NCBI GenBank assembly: GCA_009930175.1
Contig: RZYW01000001.1
Coordinates: 4,778 to 68,777 of the forward strand
Length of the DNA: 64,000 bases
Origin: Clostridia bacterium
GTDB taxonomy: Bacteria; Bacillota; Peptococcia; Peptococcales; SKKY01
Reading direction: 5' to 3'
Under the pieces are notes generated by a model. That model saw nothing but the letters and a program-made list of their open reading frames with translations. It did not search any database and was not told where the DNA came from. The translations under genes were made by a program, and so were the position numbers. Shown in pieces: positions 32,482-40,819 of the stretch (positions within the stretch are counted from its first letter, which is position 1; each line of letters opens with the position of its first letter).

Positions 32482-32502
32482 TCCTCATAATTCTTAGTTA
32501 TT

Positions 32503-33258
32503 TTATGCTTCTTCTATTTCTTCAGTTGTTTCCTCTGCAGCAACTGCTTCTTCTGCAGCTTTCTGAGCATTAACCATTCCTTGTTTTCCTTCAAATACTG
32601 CATTAGCCATTACTTTTGTAATTAAGTTTACGGCTCTTATAGCATCGTCATTACCAGGAATAACGTAGTCAACCTCATCAGGATCACAGTTTGTATCAAC
32701 GATTGAAATAACAGGGATTCCAAGTTTTTTAGCTTCAAGAATTGCAATTCTTTCCTTCTTAGGATCAACTATAAAAATTGCTCCTGGAAGAGTTTTCATG
32801 TTCTTGATACCACCTAAAAATCTTTCAAGTCTTTCCTGTTCTTTTTGAAGCTGGAATACTTCTTTTTTAGGAAGAAGCTTCATTGTTCCATCTTCTTGCA
32901 TTCTTTCAAGTTCAAACAATCTGTCAATTCTCTTTTTGATTGTTTTGTAGTTGGTAAGCATTCCACCTAACCAACGCTCGTTTACGAAAAATTCTCCACA
33001 TCTTAATGCTTCGTCTTTAATCGTATTTTGTGCTTGTTTCTTTGTGCCAATAAAAATAACCGGTTTACCTTCTTGAGCTACACCTCTTAAGAAGTCATAT
33101 GCCTCTTCGATTTTTTTCAATGATTTTTGTAAATCAATGATATAAATCCCATTTCTTGCTCCAAAAATAAACCTGCTCATCTTTGGATTCCATCTTCTTG
33201 TCTGATGTCCGAAATGTACGCCAGCCTCAAGTAATTGTTTCATAGTAACTACCGCCAT
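32503..33258 (-). CDS. rpsB: 30S ribosomal protein S2 with an acidic C-terminal tail
   Basis: 251 aa with [22 protein letters not shown] and the tail [12 protein letters not shown]. Confidence 0.95.
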   Translation of the reverse strand: MAVVTMKQLLEAGVHFGHQTRRWNPKMSRFIFGARNGIYIIDLQKSLKKIEEAYDFLRGVAQEGKPVIFIGTKKQAQNTIKDEALRCGEFFVNERWLGGMLTNYKTIKKRIDRLFELERMQEDGTMKLLPKKEVFQLQKEQERLERFLGGIKNMKTLPGAIFIVDPKKERIAILEAKKLGIPVISIVDTNCDPDEVDYVIPGNDDAIRAVNLITKVMANAVFEGKQGMVNAQKAAEEAVAAEETTEEIEEA

Positions 33259-33367
33259 TCAGGCACCTCCTCTCGTTTTTTTCCTCCGCTTTTTTCTGCT
33301 TGTTTTACAACTCAATAAAGAGCAACAGTAAAACAATCCAAAAGCGTGCGTTTTAACACCGTCGTAA

Positions 33368-33396
33368 ATTTTATCATAATTATGTTATAAAATCAA
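33368..33396 (-). promoter_or_regulatory. Candidate sigma-A promoter for rpsB-tsf
   Basis: The minus strand reads TTGATT - 17 nt - TAAAAT, directly after the stop of the small ORF. It predicts a leader of about 100 nt. Confidence 0.55.
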
Positions 33397-33711
33397 TTAA
33401 ATTTTTATATCTATTTTACCTGGATCAAAACAAAATGATTTAATATCAGCTGCTTTTTCATCTTCATTTTTTTCCTTTTGATTTTCCTGGTTCCCTCGTT
33501 TATTTTTTCCTTCTTCATCATTCCGTAAGCCTTTTTTTTCAGTTTCATCCGTATTATTAACACTACTCATTCTTTTGCTTGTTTCTTCATTAGCTGCAAT
33601 AGCCTTCTGCTGCGTATCAATATCTCCTCTTTTTAGGAAATTTTGTTGATCTTTACTTGCTTCAAAAGTTTTAGGAATAGAAACCTGGAATTCAATTGGT
33701 CTTACAGACAT
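33397..33711 (-). CDS. Small charged, low-complexity hypothetical protein at the tail of the fla/che cluster
   Basis: 104-107 aa with a start at GTG 33720 or ATG 33711. The N-terminus is MSVRPIEFQVSIPKT and the rest is K/E/N/Q-rich. I recognise no family. It may not be translated. Confidence 0.4.
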   Translation of the reverse strand: MSVRPIEFQVSIPKTFEASKDQQNFLKRGDIDTQQKAIAANEETSKRMSSVNNTDETEKKGLRNDEEGKNKRGNQENQKEKNEDEKAADIKSFCFDPGKIDIKI

Positions 33712-33733
33712 TTTAACCACACCACTTCCAACA

Positions 33734-35317
33734 TTAAATTAAAGGTGTTACAACGATATCTCCATGGCTAAGGTATATTTTCACTTTATAGTTTTGGTTC
33801 GTAAATCTTTTTGAGTACTCGCCAATTCTAACCTCAGTACCTGGATTAATTGTTTCTTCAACTTCTATAAAAGCTTCTTTTAGCTGATTAAGTTTTTCGG
33901 AAAAATCAACAACTTCATGCCTTAGCTCCTCTTCTTTAACCATAGAACTTTTTAAGCTTTGAGCTAAATCCATTAACATTTTTTCCTTTGGTGGTGGTAA
34001 TTCTCCTAATCTTTCTTTCATTTCTTCAAGAATTCTCACACCTTGACGTGATTTCTTTATGTTTTCTTTAATTTCATTATATTCTTTAGAAACTTCCATA
34101 AATTCATCCTTCAAAGATGGATCTACCCCAATTTCAAACTCAGTTCTGGTCGCAAGGTTATTACCAATATTTTTACACTTTATAAACTGAGCTGCTCTTA
34201 CTATGCCTCCAACGATTAACCCTTTGTTTTTAGAAAGAACAACGGAATTTCCAGCAACTACTTCACAATGCATAATAGCTTCTTCGGCAATTACATCAAG
34301 ATTAGCTCTGATACTGGCATTTTCAATAAACTTTGTGCTTATTGTTCCCTTGGCAGAAATATGAGATTTTTTTAACCCTCTGATGCCAGTCATAATAAAA
34401 ATATTTCCTTCTGCTTCTATAGAACCACCTTCAACAATTCCGTAAACATGAACATCTCCGCCAGATTTTATCATAAAGCCATTCTTCACGCTTCCTTTAA
34501 CAATTACATTTCCAACAAATTCTATATTTCCTGTAGAAAAATCTACATCACCATTAACTTCAAATATAGGAAGTATGGAAACTCTGTTCCGTGCAGTTGA
34601 AAGCATACCATCAATTGTTGCTATTGCTTTAAAACCATCAGATGAATGTTCAATATTTTTTCCAATAGGTAGCTTTTTGTTTTTACCATCCATAGCATGG
34701 ATAGCTTTTCCTTTAACAGTTAAACCAGGAACTCCTGTGGTAGGAGGTTTTTTTTCAATAATAACCTGCCCTTTTTTTACGTTTTCAATTACATTTGTAT
34801 TGTAAAAGTCTGCTCTTCCATCTTCTAAGAGCTTGGGTTTAGCTGGTCCAACATTCGCAAAATGATAAATTATTTCTGCATCTTTTCCGTTTACAGCATC
34901 TCTGGTTTCAGCAAAAAGCTCGTCAACAAATCGTTCTTTTGAATTTTTAATTTTTATTACTGCTACTTCTATAATCCCATTTGTAATACCTTGTTTTGAT
35001 ATTTCCTGGGTAACCATATCAGCAGAAGGTAAAGCACCTGTTATAAGGTCTGGATACATTGTTAGAAAAGCTTTGGTCATTTTCCCGTTATAACTAATTT
35101 CAACCTTTGCAGAAGTGTCTGTTTTTTCTTTTGAACCAACTGTAATCTCAGAGATTCCACTTTCTGCCCATTTAGCTATTGCCATTGAGTCCAGTTTAAT
35201 ATTCCGTATTTTTATCTCTCTGGTAAAATATGATATTAGTTGATCTATATCAGTTATCTCAGGATTTTTCCTGACAATAAAGTTTTCTTCATCTGTAGTC
35301 CATTCGTAATAATTCAT
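33734..35317 (-). CDS. FapA-family (DUF342) flagellar-assembly-associated protein
   Basis: 527 aa with a central repetitive beta-helix-like region (G.I.F.GNV.V.G.V..G..I...G.V.V.G.V) and a C-terminal coiled coil. It is positioned immediately after sigD. Confidence 0.75.
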   Translation of the reverse strand: MNYYEWTTDEENFIVRKNPEITDIDQLISYFTREIKIRNIKLDSMAIAKWAESGISEITVGSKEKTDTSAKVEISYNGKMTKAFLTMYPDLITGALPSADMVTQEISKQGITNGIIEVAVIKIKNSKERFVDELFAETRDAVNGKDAEIIYHFANVGPAKPKLLEDGRADFYNTNVIENVKKGQVIIEKKPPTTGVPGLTVKGKAIHAMDGKNKKLPIGKNIEHSSDGFKAIATIDGMLSTARNRVSILPIFEVNGDVDFSTGNIEFVGNVIVKGSVKNGFMIKSGGDVHVYGIVEGGSIEAEGNIFIMTGIRGLKKSHISAKGTISTKFIENASIRANLDVIAEEAIMHCEVVAGNSVVLSKNKGLIVGGIVRAAQFIKCKNIGNNLATRTEFEIGVDPSLKDEFMEVSKEYNEIKENIKKSRQGVRILEEMKERLGELPPPKEKMLMDLAQSLKSSMVKEEELRHEVVDFSEKLNQLKEAFIEVEETINPGTEVRIGEYSKRFTNQNYKVKIYLSHGDIVVTPLI

Positions 35318-35323
35318 AATTCC

Positions 35324-36085
35324 CTACCTTCCCTGGTCCATATAATTATGAAGTGCCCCTTTTAATTTTAATATCGACTTTTTGTGAATTTGCGAGATCC
35401 TGCCCTCTGATAGTTCAAGAACCTTTGCTACTTCTTTAGTTGTCAGATCTTCAAAATAAATTAAAGATATTACTAATTTTTCTTTTTCGTTTAACTCTTT
35501 GAGTTTTTCGATAAGTAAACTTTTTAATTCATTCCGTTCCACAACAACCTGAGGTCCTGGCTCTTTATCATCTGCAAGAAAGTCCTTTAATATGTAAGTA
35601 TCTTCACTGCCTGATTCTAAAGCATTCTCTAATGAATATATCGTTAAAGATGCTGCATCATTTAGATTTTTTTGATATGTATTAACGTCCATTTCTAAAT
35701 AGGACGCTATCTCTTCTTCTTCTGGCTCTCTGCCATACTCTTTTAATAAAGTCTGATATGCTTTTTCCATCTTTTTTGCTTTTCTTCTAAGAGATTGAGG
35801 TGCCCAATCCATTTTTCTAAGTCCATCATAAATAGCTCCTCTGATTCTCAAAGCAGCATATATTTCAAATATAACATTTTTTCCCGGATCAAATTTATCA
35901 ATAGCATCAATTAGTCCAAAAGTTCCATAAGAAATTAAATCATCTACTTCCACCATACTTGGAAGACTTTGGTAAATTTTATAAGCATGGGTTTTAACAA
36001 GGCCAGCATAGTTAAGAATTATCTGCTCTCTTGTTTTTGTGTTTTTATTATTATGATAATTTTCCCAAAGCTTATTAATATCCAT
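35324..36085 (-). CDS. sigD: Flagellar sigma factor (sigma-28, FliA/SigD)
   Basis: 253 aa with sigma-70 region 2 (DLISYGTFGLIDAIDKFD) and a region 4 HTH (LTTKEVAKVLELSEGRISQIHKK). Confidence 0.9.
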   Translation of the reverse strand: MDINKLWENYHNNKNTKTREQIILNYAGLVKTHAYKIYQSLPSMVEVDDLISYGTFGLIDAIDKFDPGKNVIFEIYAALRIRGAIYDGLRKMDWAPQSLRRKAKKMEKAYQTLLKEYGREPEEEEIASYLEMDVNTYQKNLNDAASLTIYSLENALESGSEDTYILKDFLADDKEPGPQVVVERNELKSLLIEKLKELNEKEKLVISLIYFEDLTTKEVAKVLELSEGRISQIHKKSILKLKGALHNYMDQGR

Positions 36086-36087
36086 AT

Positions 36088-36570
36088 TTAAATTACCTTT
36101 TTCCCAAATTTTATTGATTTTACAGTCAAACTACCATCTTCAGCAAATAATTCGATAGTTCTGCCAAAATTATCTCCAGTATCCTCAGCAATTAGTTTAA
36201 TACCACTATTTTTTAATTGCTGTTTAACTGCTTCAATATTCCTTTCCCCAATTTTCATAATATCACTTGTATTTGAGGAACTAAACATCTGAGCGCCTCC
36301 TGCTATTTTCGCTACCATTCTTAATTTGGAGGCCCCAATCTTTTCCATATTTGTTATTAAATCTGGTACCCCTGTATCTGCAAACTTAAATCTATTTGTA
36401 TTGTTTCTTGAATTAGTACTGTCAGGAAGCATTATATGAACCATTCCAGCAATTTTTTTCGTAGAATCATACAAACAAACTCCTATACATGAACCAAGGC
36501 CAATGGTTATTATAGTATCATTCTTATCACATACAGCAGCTTCGGCTATTCCAACTTTATGTTGAGTCAT
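36088..36570 (-). CDS. cheD: Chemoreceptor glutamine deamidase CheD
   Basis: 160 aa with TIGLGSCIGV (catalytic Cys) and the GMVHIMLP motif. Confidence 0.9.
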   Translation of the reverse strand: MTQHKVGIAEAAVCDKNDTIITIGLGSCIGVCLYDSTKKIAGMVHIMLPDSTNSRNNTNRFKFADTGVPDLITNMEKIGASKLRMVAKIAGGAQMFSSSNTSDIMKIGERNIEAVKQQLKNSGIKLIAEDTGDNFGRTIELFAEDGSLTVKSIKFGKKVI

Positions 36571-36572
36571 GT

Positions 36573-37184
36573 TTAAGATACTCCCAGTCTTTCTAATATT
36601 TTATAAAGAGAATCTGGCCCAGGAAGAAGGAAGAAATGACCTTTTACCTCAACTTCTTCTTCAAGAAAAACGCTTTCAATTACAAAAGAATAGTCACTAA
36701 CTTCTCCATATAATTGAAGAACATTTCCAATAATTGCTCCTGACATATCATAAGCTAAAGCTGGAACAGTTGCTTCGAAAACCAAATTAGTAAACATTCC
36801 TAAAGAATTAAGATAAGAACCTGCTAAAATATTTGTTACCTCTTTAATTACAGATTCACTCATCTCATCGAAATCTTCAATGCTCTTCATCTCTTTACCT
36901 AAAAGAATTTTCATGAATAGAGAAACACTTTTTTCAGGGATAACAAAAAGAATACTCATTGGAGCTTCTCCTTTAACTTCCAGATAACCTCCGGCAACCA
37001 GAGATTCTGCTCCTCCCATAATTTCAACTACTTCATTAAAAGGAAGAATATCTATTTTAGGAACCGTCATGTCTATTCTTTTGTTCAAAAGAGTCGATAA
37101 AGCTGTTGCTGCATTTCCAGCACCAATATTGCCTATCTCTTTTAATGCATCTAACTGTATTGGACTTAAATCTTCAAATCTCAT
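36573..37184 (-). CDS. cheC: CheY-P phosphatase CheC
   Basis: 203 aa with two ExxN active-site motifs (KEIGNIGAGNAATAL and KEVTNILAGS). Confidence 0.85.
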   Translation of the reverse strand: MRFEDLSPIQLDALKEIGNIGAGNAATALSTLLNKRIDMTVPKIDILPFNEVVEIMGGAESLVAGGYLEVKGEAPMSILFVIPEKSVSLFMKILLGKEMKSIEDFDEMSESVIKEVTNILAGSYLNSLGMFTNLVFEATVPALAYDMSGAIIGNVLQLYGEVSDYSFVIESVFLEEEVEVKGHFFLLPGPDSLYKILERLGVS

Positions 37185-37193
37185 TTTATTCTC

Positions 37194-37640
37194 CTATTCT
37201 ACCTTTAATTCTTCTGATCCTGTAATTGTTAAAATTTGATCAAGTTTTAAAAGTATTAATAATCTTCCATTATACTTACCAACACCATCAACATACTTTT
37301 TATCAATAGAATCGATAAGATTAGGTTCTTCAATATCTTCTTCTTTTATTCTTATTACTTCTGTAACATTATCTACAATAATACCGAAACGATTTTCATT
37401 TACTGTCAGAATAATAATTCTGGTGGTATCGTCAACAATCTTTTCTTCGCCCTTGAATTTTTTTCTTACATTCAAGATAGGAACAACATTACCTCTTAAG
37501 TTAATTACACCCTTTACATATTCACTTGATTTAGGTACTCGTGTAATTTTTGTCATTTTTAAAATTTCATTTACTGAAAGAATATCCACCCCATATTCTT
37601 CTTCTCCCAGCATAAAACCTACTATTTGCATTTCTTTCAA
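37194..37640 (-). CDS. cheW: Chemotaxis coupling protein CheW
   Basis: 148 aa with a typical CheW fold sequence (GVINLRGNVVPILNVRKKF). Confidence 0.9.
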   Translation of the reverse strand: MKEMQIVGFMLGEEEYGVDILSVNEILKMTKITRVPKSSEYVKGVINLRGNVVPILNVRKKFKGEEKIVDDTTRIIILTVNENRFGIIVDNVTEVIRIKEEDIEEPNLIDSIDKKYVDGVGKYNGRLLILLKLDQILTITGSEELKVE

Positions 37641-37651
37641 AATAACTCCTC

Positions 37652-38746
37652 CTATCTGGTTATATTTTTATATGCGTTCAAAATTTCAAAAGCTATATTA
37701 TCTAAAGGAACTTTTACATCAACTGCATTTGCCTCAACTGCAGCTTTTGGCATTCCATATACAACACACGTTTCTTCAGACTCGGCTATTGTTACCGCCC
37801 CTTGTGCATTTAATTTTACCATACCATCTCTTCCGTCATAACCCATTCCCGTCATTATAACAGCTATTACTTTTGAAAAGTTATATTTTGCAAAGGAATT
37901 AAATAAATAATCAACAGAAGGTCGGTGCCCGTTTACTGGTTCTTCTTTTGTTAATTTAACTTTTAGAATTCCATCAGTATATATTACACCCATTTGTTGC
38001 CCTCCGGGAGCTAGATATGCATGGCCTGGTTTTACTATATCTCCATCCTCTGCCTCTTTAACAGAAAATTTCGAAATACTGTCTAATCTCATTGCCAGAG
38101 ATTTAGTAAATGTTGCCGGCATATGCTGAACTATAAAAACTGGAGCATTAATATTACTGCTTAAGTCATCCATTACTTTATGAAGTGCTCTGGGGCCTCC
38201 AGTGGATGTTCCAATTAAAATTACCGGAAAAGGAAGAACTGTTTTCTTTTGCTGCACCGAAGCCGGTGGAACTGGAGTTTCTTTCCTTACTGTAGGTGTT
38301 TGAATAATTCTTTTTTCAAGTATTATTCTTCTTGGCTTAGATTTACTTGCAATTCTAATTTTTTCAATTATTTGGTCTTTAATATCTTCCATCTTTAAAG
38401 AAATTGACCCGCCTGGCTTAGCAATAAATTCAACCGCTCCATATTCCAAGGCCTTTAAAGTAACTTCAGCCCCTTCGCTGGTTAAACTACTTACCATAAC
38501 TACAGGAACAGGATTTGCTTCCATAATTTCTTTTAAAGCTGTAAGTCCATCCATTACTGGCATTTCTACATCCATTGTTACAACATCTGGCTGTAGTTTA
38601 ATAACCTTTTCCAAAGCATCTTTCCCATTTCGGGCAGAATCAACTACTTCGATGTCTGGCTGGCTTTCTAATATGTCTTTTATAATTTTCCTCATAAATG
38701 AGGAATCGTCTACAATTAATACTTTTGTTTTATCCATATTTTTCAA
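37652..38746 (-). CDS. cheB: Chemotaxis response regulator protein-glutamate methylesterase CheB
   Basis: 364 aa with an N-terminal receiver (VLIVDDSSFMR, TMDVEMPVMDG) and a C-terminal methylesterase (GTSTGGP, HMP, GMGYDG). Confidence 0.95.
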   Translation of the reverse strand: MKNMDKTKVLIVDDSSFMRKIIKDILESQPDIEVVDSARNGKDALEKVIKLQPDVVTMDVEMPVMDGLTALKEIMEANPVPVVMVSSLTSEGAEVTLKALEYGAVEFIAKPGGSISLKMEDIKDQIIEKIRIASKSKPRRIILEKRIIQTPTVRKETPVPPASVQQKKTVLPFPVILIGTSTGGPRALHKVMDDLSSNINAPVFIVQHMPATFTKSLAMRLDSISKFSVKEAEDGDIVKPGHAYLAPGGQQMGVIYTDGILKVKLTKEEPVNGHRPSVDYLFNSFAKYNFSKVIAVIMTGMGYDGRDGMVKLNAQGAVTIAESEETCVVYGMPKAAVEANAVDVKVPLDNIAFEILNAYKNITR

Positions 38747-39636
38747 CCTCTTAATAGTGAAGATATTCTGGAAAAATAATCCTTCAACCCTTTATTTATC
38801 TTTTTTTCATAAGTAATATCTAAAATATCTGCAGCAATATGATAAAGATCTGATGCCGCCATAGAATTTGGATATGATGTTAAAAAGGGTTCTTGCTTTT
38901 TAACTGCTTCAATTACCATTCTATCGTCATTAATGAAACCCAGTACCTGTAAATCACAATTCTCCAGGAATCTTTCAACAACAATCTTTATTTTCTTTCC
39001 TGTTATCTCCCCTTCTTCTCTGGAAGTAACTCTGTTTACTATTAGTTTTATCTTACCCACATATCTATGTTTATTAATCGTTTTTATTAATCCATATGCA
39101 TCAGTCAAAGAAGTTGGTTCTGGAATTGTAATAATAAAAACTTCGTCTGCGGCCAAAGAGAAGCTAAGGACACTTTTATTTAACCCAGCTCCTGTGTCTA
39201 TAAGAAGGAAATCATACTCATTATCGATTTGAGCAAGTTGAGTAAAAAAAGTATTCAGATCTTCTTCTGGAAGTTGAGCAAGTTCAAATACACCAGAGCC
39301 TCCGGGAATAATATCTATATCATTGGGTCCTTTTATAATTATATCTTTTATGGTTCTTTTACCACTAATTACATGAGATAAATTATACTTGGGAGCGGCA
39401 CCTAAAAGAACATCAATATTTGCAAGACCAAGATCTGCGTCAAGAATTAAGACCTTCTTACCAAATTCTCCCAGGGCAATGCCTAGATTTAAAGTAAAAT
39501 TAGTCTTACCAACGCCACCTTTACCAGAAGCAACAGTAATAATTTTAGTTTTTCTTTCAAAACCGTTTATTTTGTTTTCAACATCTGCCTTCAGATTCCC
39601 CGCTAATATCCTCAGACGGTCAAGTTGATTACTCAT
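38743..39636 (-). CDS. flhG: Flagellar number regulator, MinD-type ATPase FlhG (YlxH)
   Basis: 297 aa with the deviant Walker A SGKGGVGKT and an N-terminal NQLDRLR motif resembling the FlhF-activating DQAxxLR. Confidence 0.9.
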   Translation of the reverse strand: MSNQLDRLRILAGNLKADVENKINGFERKTKIITVASGKGGVGKTNFTLNLGIALGEFGKKVLILDADLGLANIDVLLGAAPKYNLSHVISGKRTIKDIIIKGPNDIDIIPGGSGVFELAQLPEEDLNTFFTQLAQIDNEYDFLLIDTGAGLNKSVLSFSLAADEVFIITIPEPTSLTDAYGLIKTINKHRYVGKIKLIVNRVTSREEGEITGKKIKIVVERFLENCDLQVLGFINDDRMVIEAVKKQEPFLTSYPNSMAASDLYHIAADILDITYEKKINKGLKDYFSRISSLLRG

Positions 39637-40819
39637 CCTTTAAGTCCCCTATCAATAAATTATAATATTTATCCTGATTTACTATTTCAATATCGTCAGG
39701 AACGCTTTGCCCATTAGTAAAATATGATAAGTTCTTTTTACTTCTGTCAATAACGTTCAAAATTGCTCCATATGTAGTTGTCTCGTCAAGTTTTGTGAAG
39801 ATAATTTTTTTAATGTTAAGAGACTCATACTTTTCAATAATATCAAGCATATCCTTATATTTAGTACAAGCACTTAAAACAAGAAAAATATCATCTGGAG
39901 CTGCAGCTTCAAGAAAACCTTTAATCTCTGCCATTTGAATAGTATTTTTATGACTTCTCCCAGCAGTATCAATAAATATTAGTTCTTTATCTGTATTATC
40001 TTTAATTGAATTTCTTAAATTTTGAGGCGTGAAAACAACCTCAACAGGTACCCCAATTATTTCTCCCACTGTTCGCAATTGTTCAACTGCTGCAATTCTG
40101 TAAGTATCTACCGTAATTAATGAAACTTTCTTCTTATCATTAATTGTATAATTTGCCGCTAGCTTTGAAATTGTTGTCGTCTTACCTACACCTGTCGGAC
40201 CAACTAAGGCTACAACAGCTTGTTTATTTTTATTAATATTCTCAATTGGCTTTGGAGTTTTTATTACTCTTAATATTTCTTCTTTTAAAAGATCATAAAT
40301 AGAACTTCCGGCTCCATTTTCAAAATATTTTTTTTCTACTCTTTTAATCATTCTTGCAGCAATTTTAGGGTCTACTTCCTGTTCCGTAAGGCGTTCATAT
40401 ATTTTTTTGAATTCTCCTTTAAATGAATTGTTCCCAGATTCAATTAAGGACATCATTTCATCCATTTTCTTTTGCATTTCGGTTAACTCTGATTGAGATG
40501 TACTAATTACATCAACAGAGTCTTGAATATTTACTTCTTCAGCTTTTACCTGGGGAAGTGAAATTTGCTGGTTGATAACATTAGGGGCATTACTTTGTTT
40601 AATTTCTTCATTTTTCTTTTCTTCCAGACTCTCCTCATCGTCATAGTAGAACTCTTCCACCGCTGCAGTAACTTCATAAAATTCTTTTGTAAAAAAGCCA
40701 AAGAACCCACCTTTTTTTTGTTTTTTTGTATGAAGAATTACAGCATCTTTTCCCATTTCAAGTTTAATTTGCTGATATATTTCCTGTATGTTTTTCCCAG
40801 TAAATTTTTTAACTTTCAT
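39629..40819 (-). CDS. flhF: Flagellar biosynthesis SRP-type GTPase FlhF
   Basis: 396 aa with the G-domain motifs GPTGVGKTTT, DTAGR and TKLDET. Confidence 0.9.
   Translation of the reverse strand: MKVKKFTGKNIQEIYQQIKLEMGKDAVILHTKKQKKGGFFGFFTKEFYEVTAAVEEFYYDDEESLEEKKNEEIKQSNAPNVINQQISLPQVKAEEVNIQDSVDVISTSQSELTEMQKKMDEMMSLIESGNNSFKGEFKKIYERLTEQEVDPKIAARMIKRVEKKYFENGAGSSIYDLLKEEILRVIKTPKPIENINKNKQAVVALVGPTGVGKTTTISKLAANYTINDKKKVSLITVDTYRIAAVEQLRTVGEIIGVPVEVVFTPQNLRNSIKDNTDKELIFIDTAGRSHKNTIQMAEIKGFLEAAAPDDIFLVLSACTKYKDMLDIIEKYESLNIKKIIFTKLDETTTYGAILNVIDRSKKNLSYFTNGQSVPDDIEIVNQDKYYNLLIGDLKDE

Noticed and set aside
39688-39716. TAAT-N15-GACGATAT upstream of flhG
   Set aside because: The -35 is imperfect and the conserved CCGATA core is disrupted (ACGATA). 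It is weaker than the fliK-upstream site and not distinguishable from chance.
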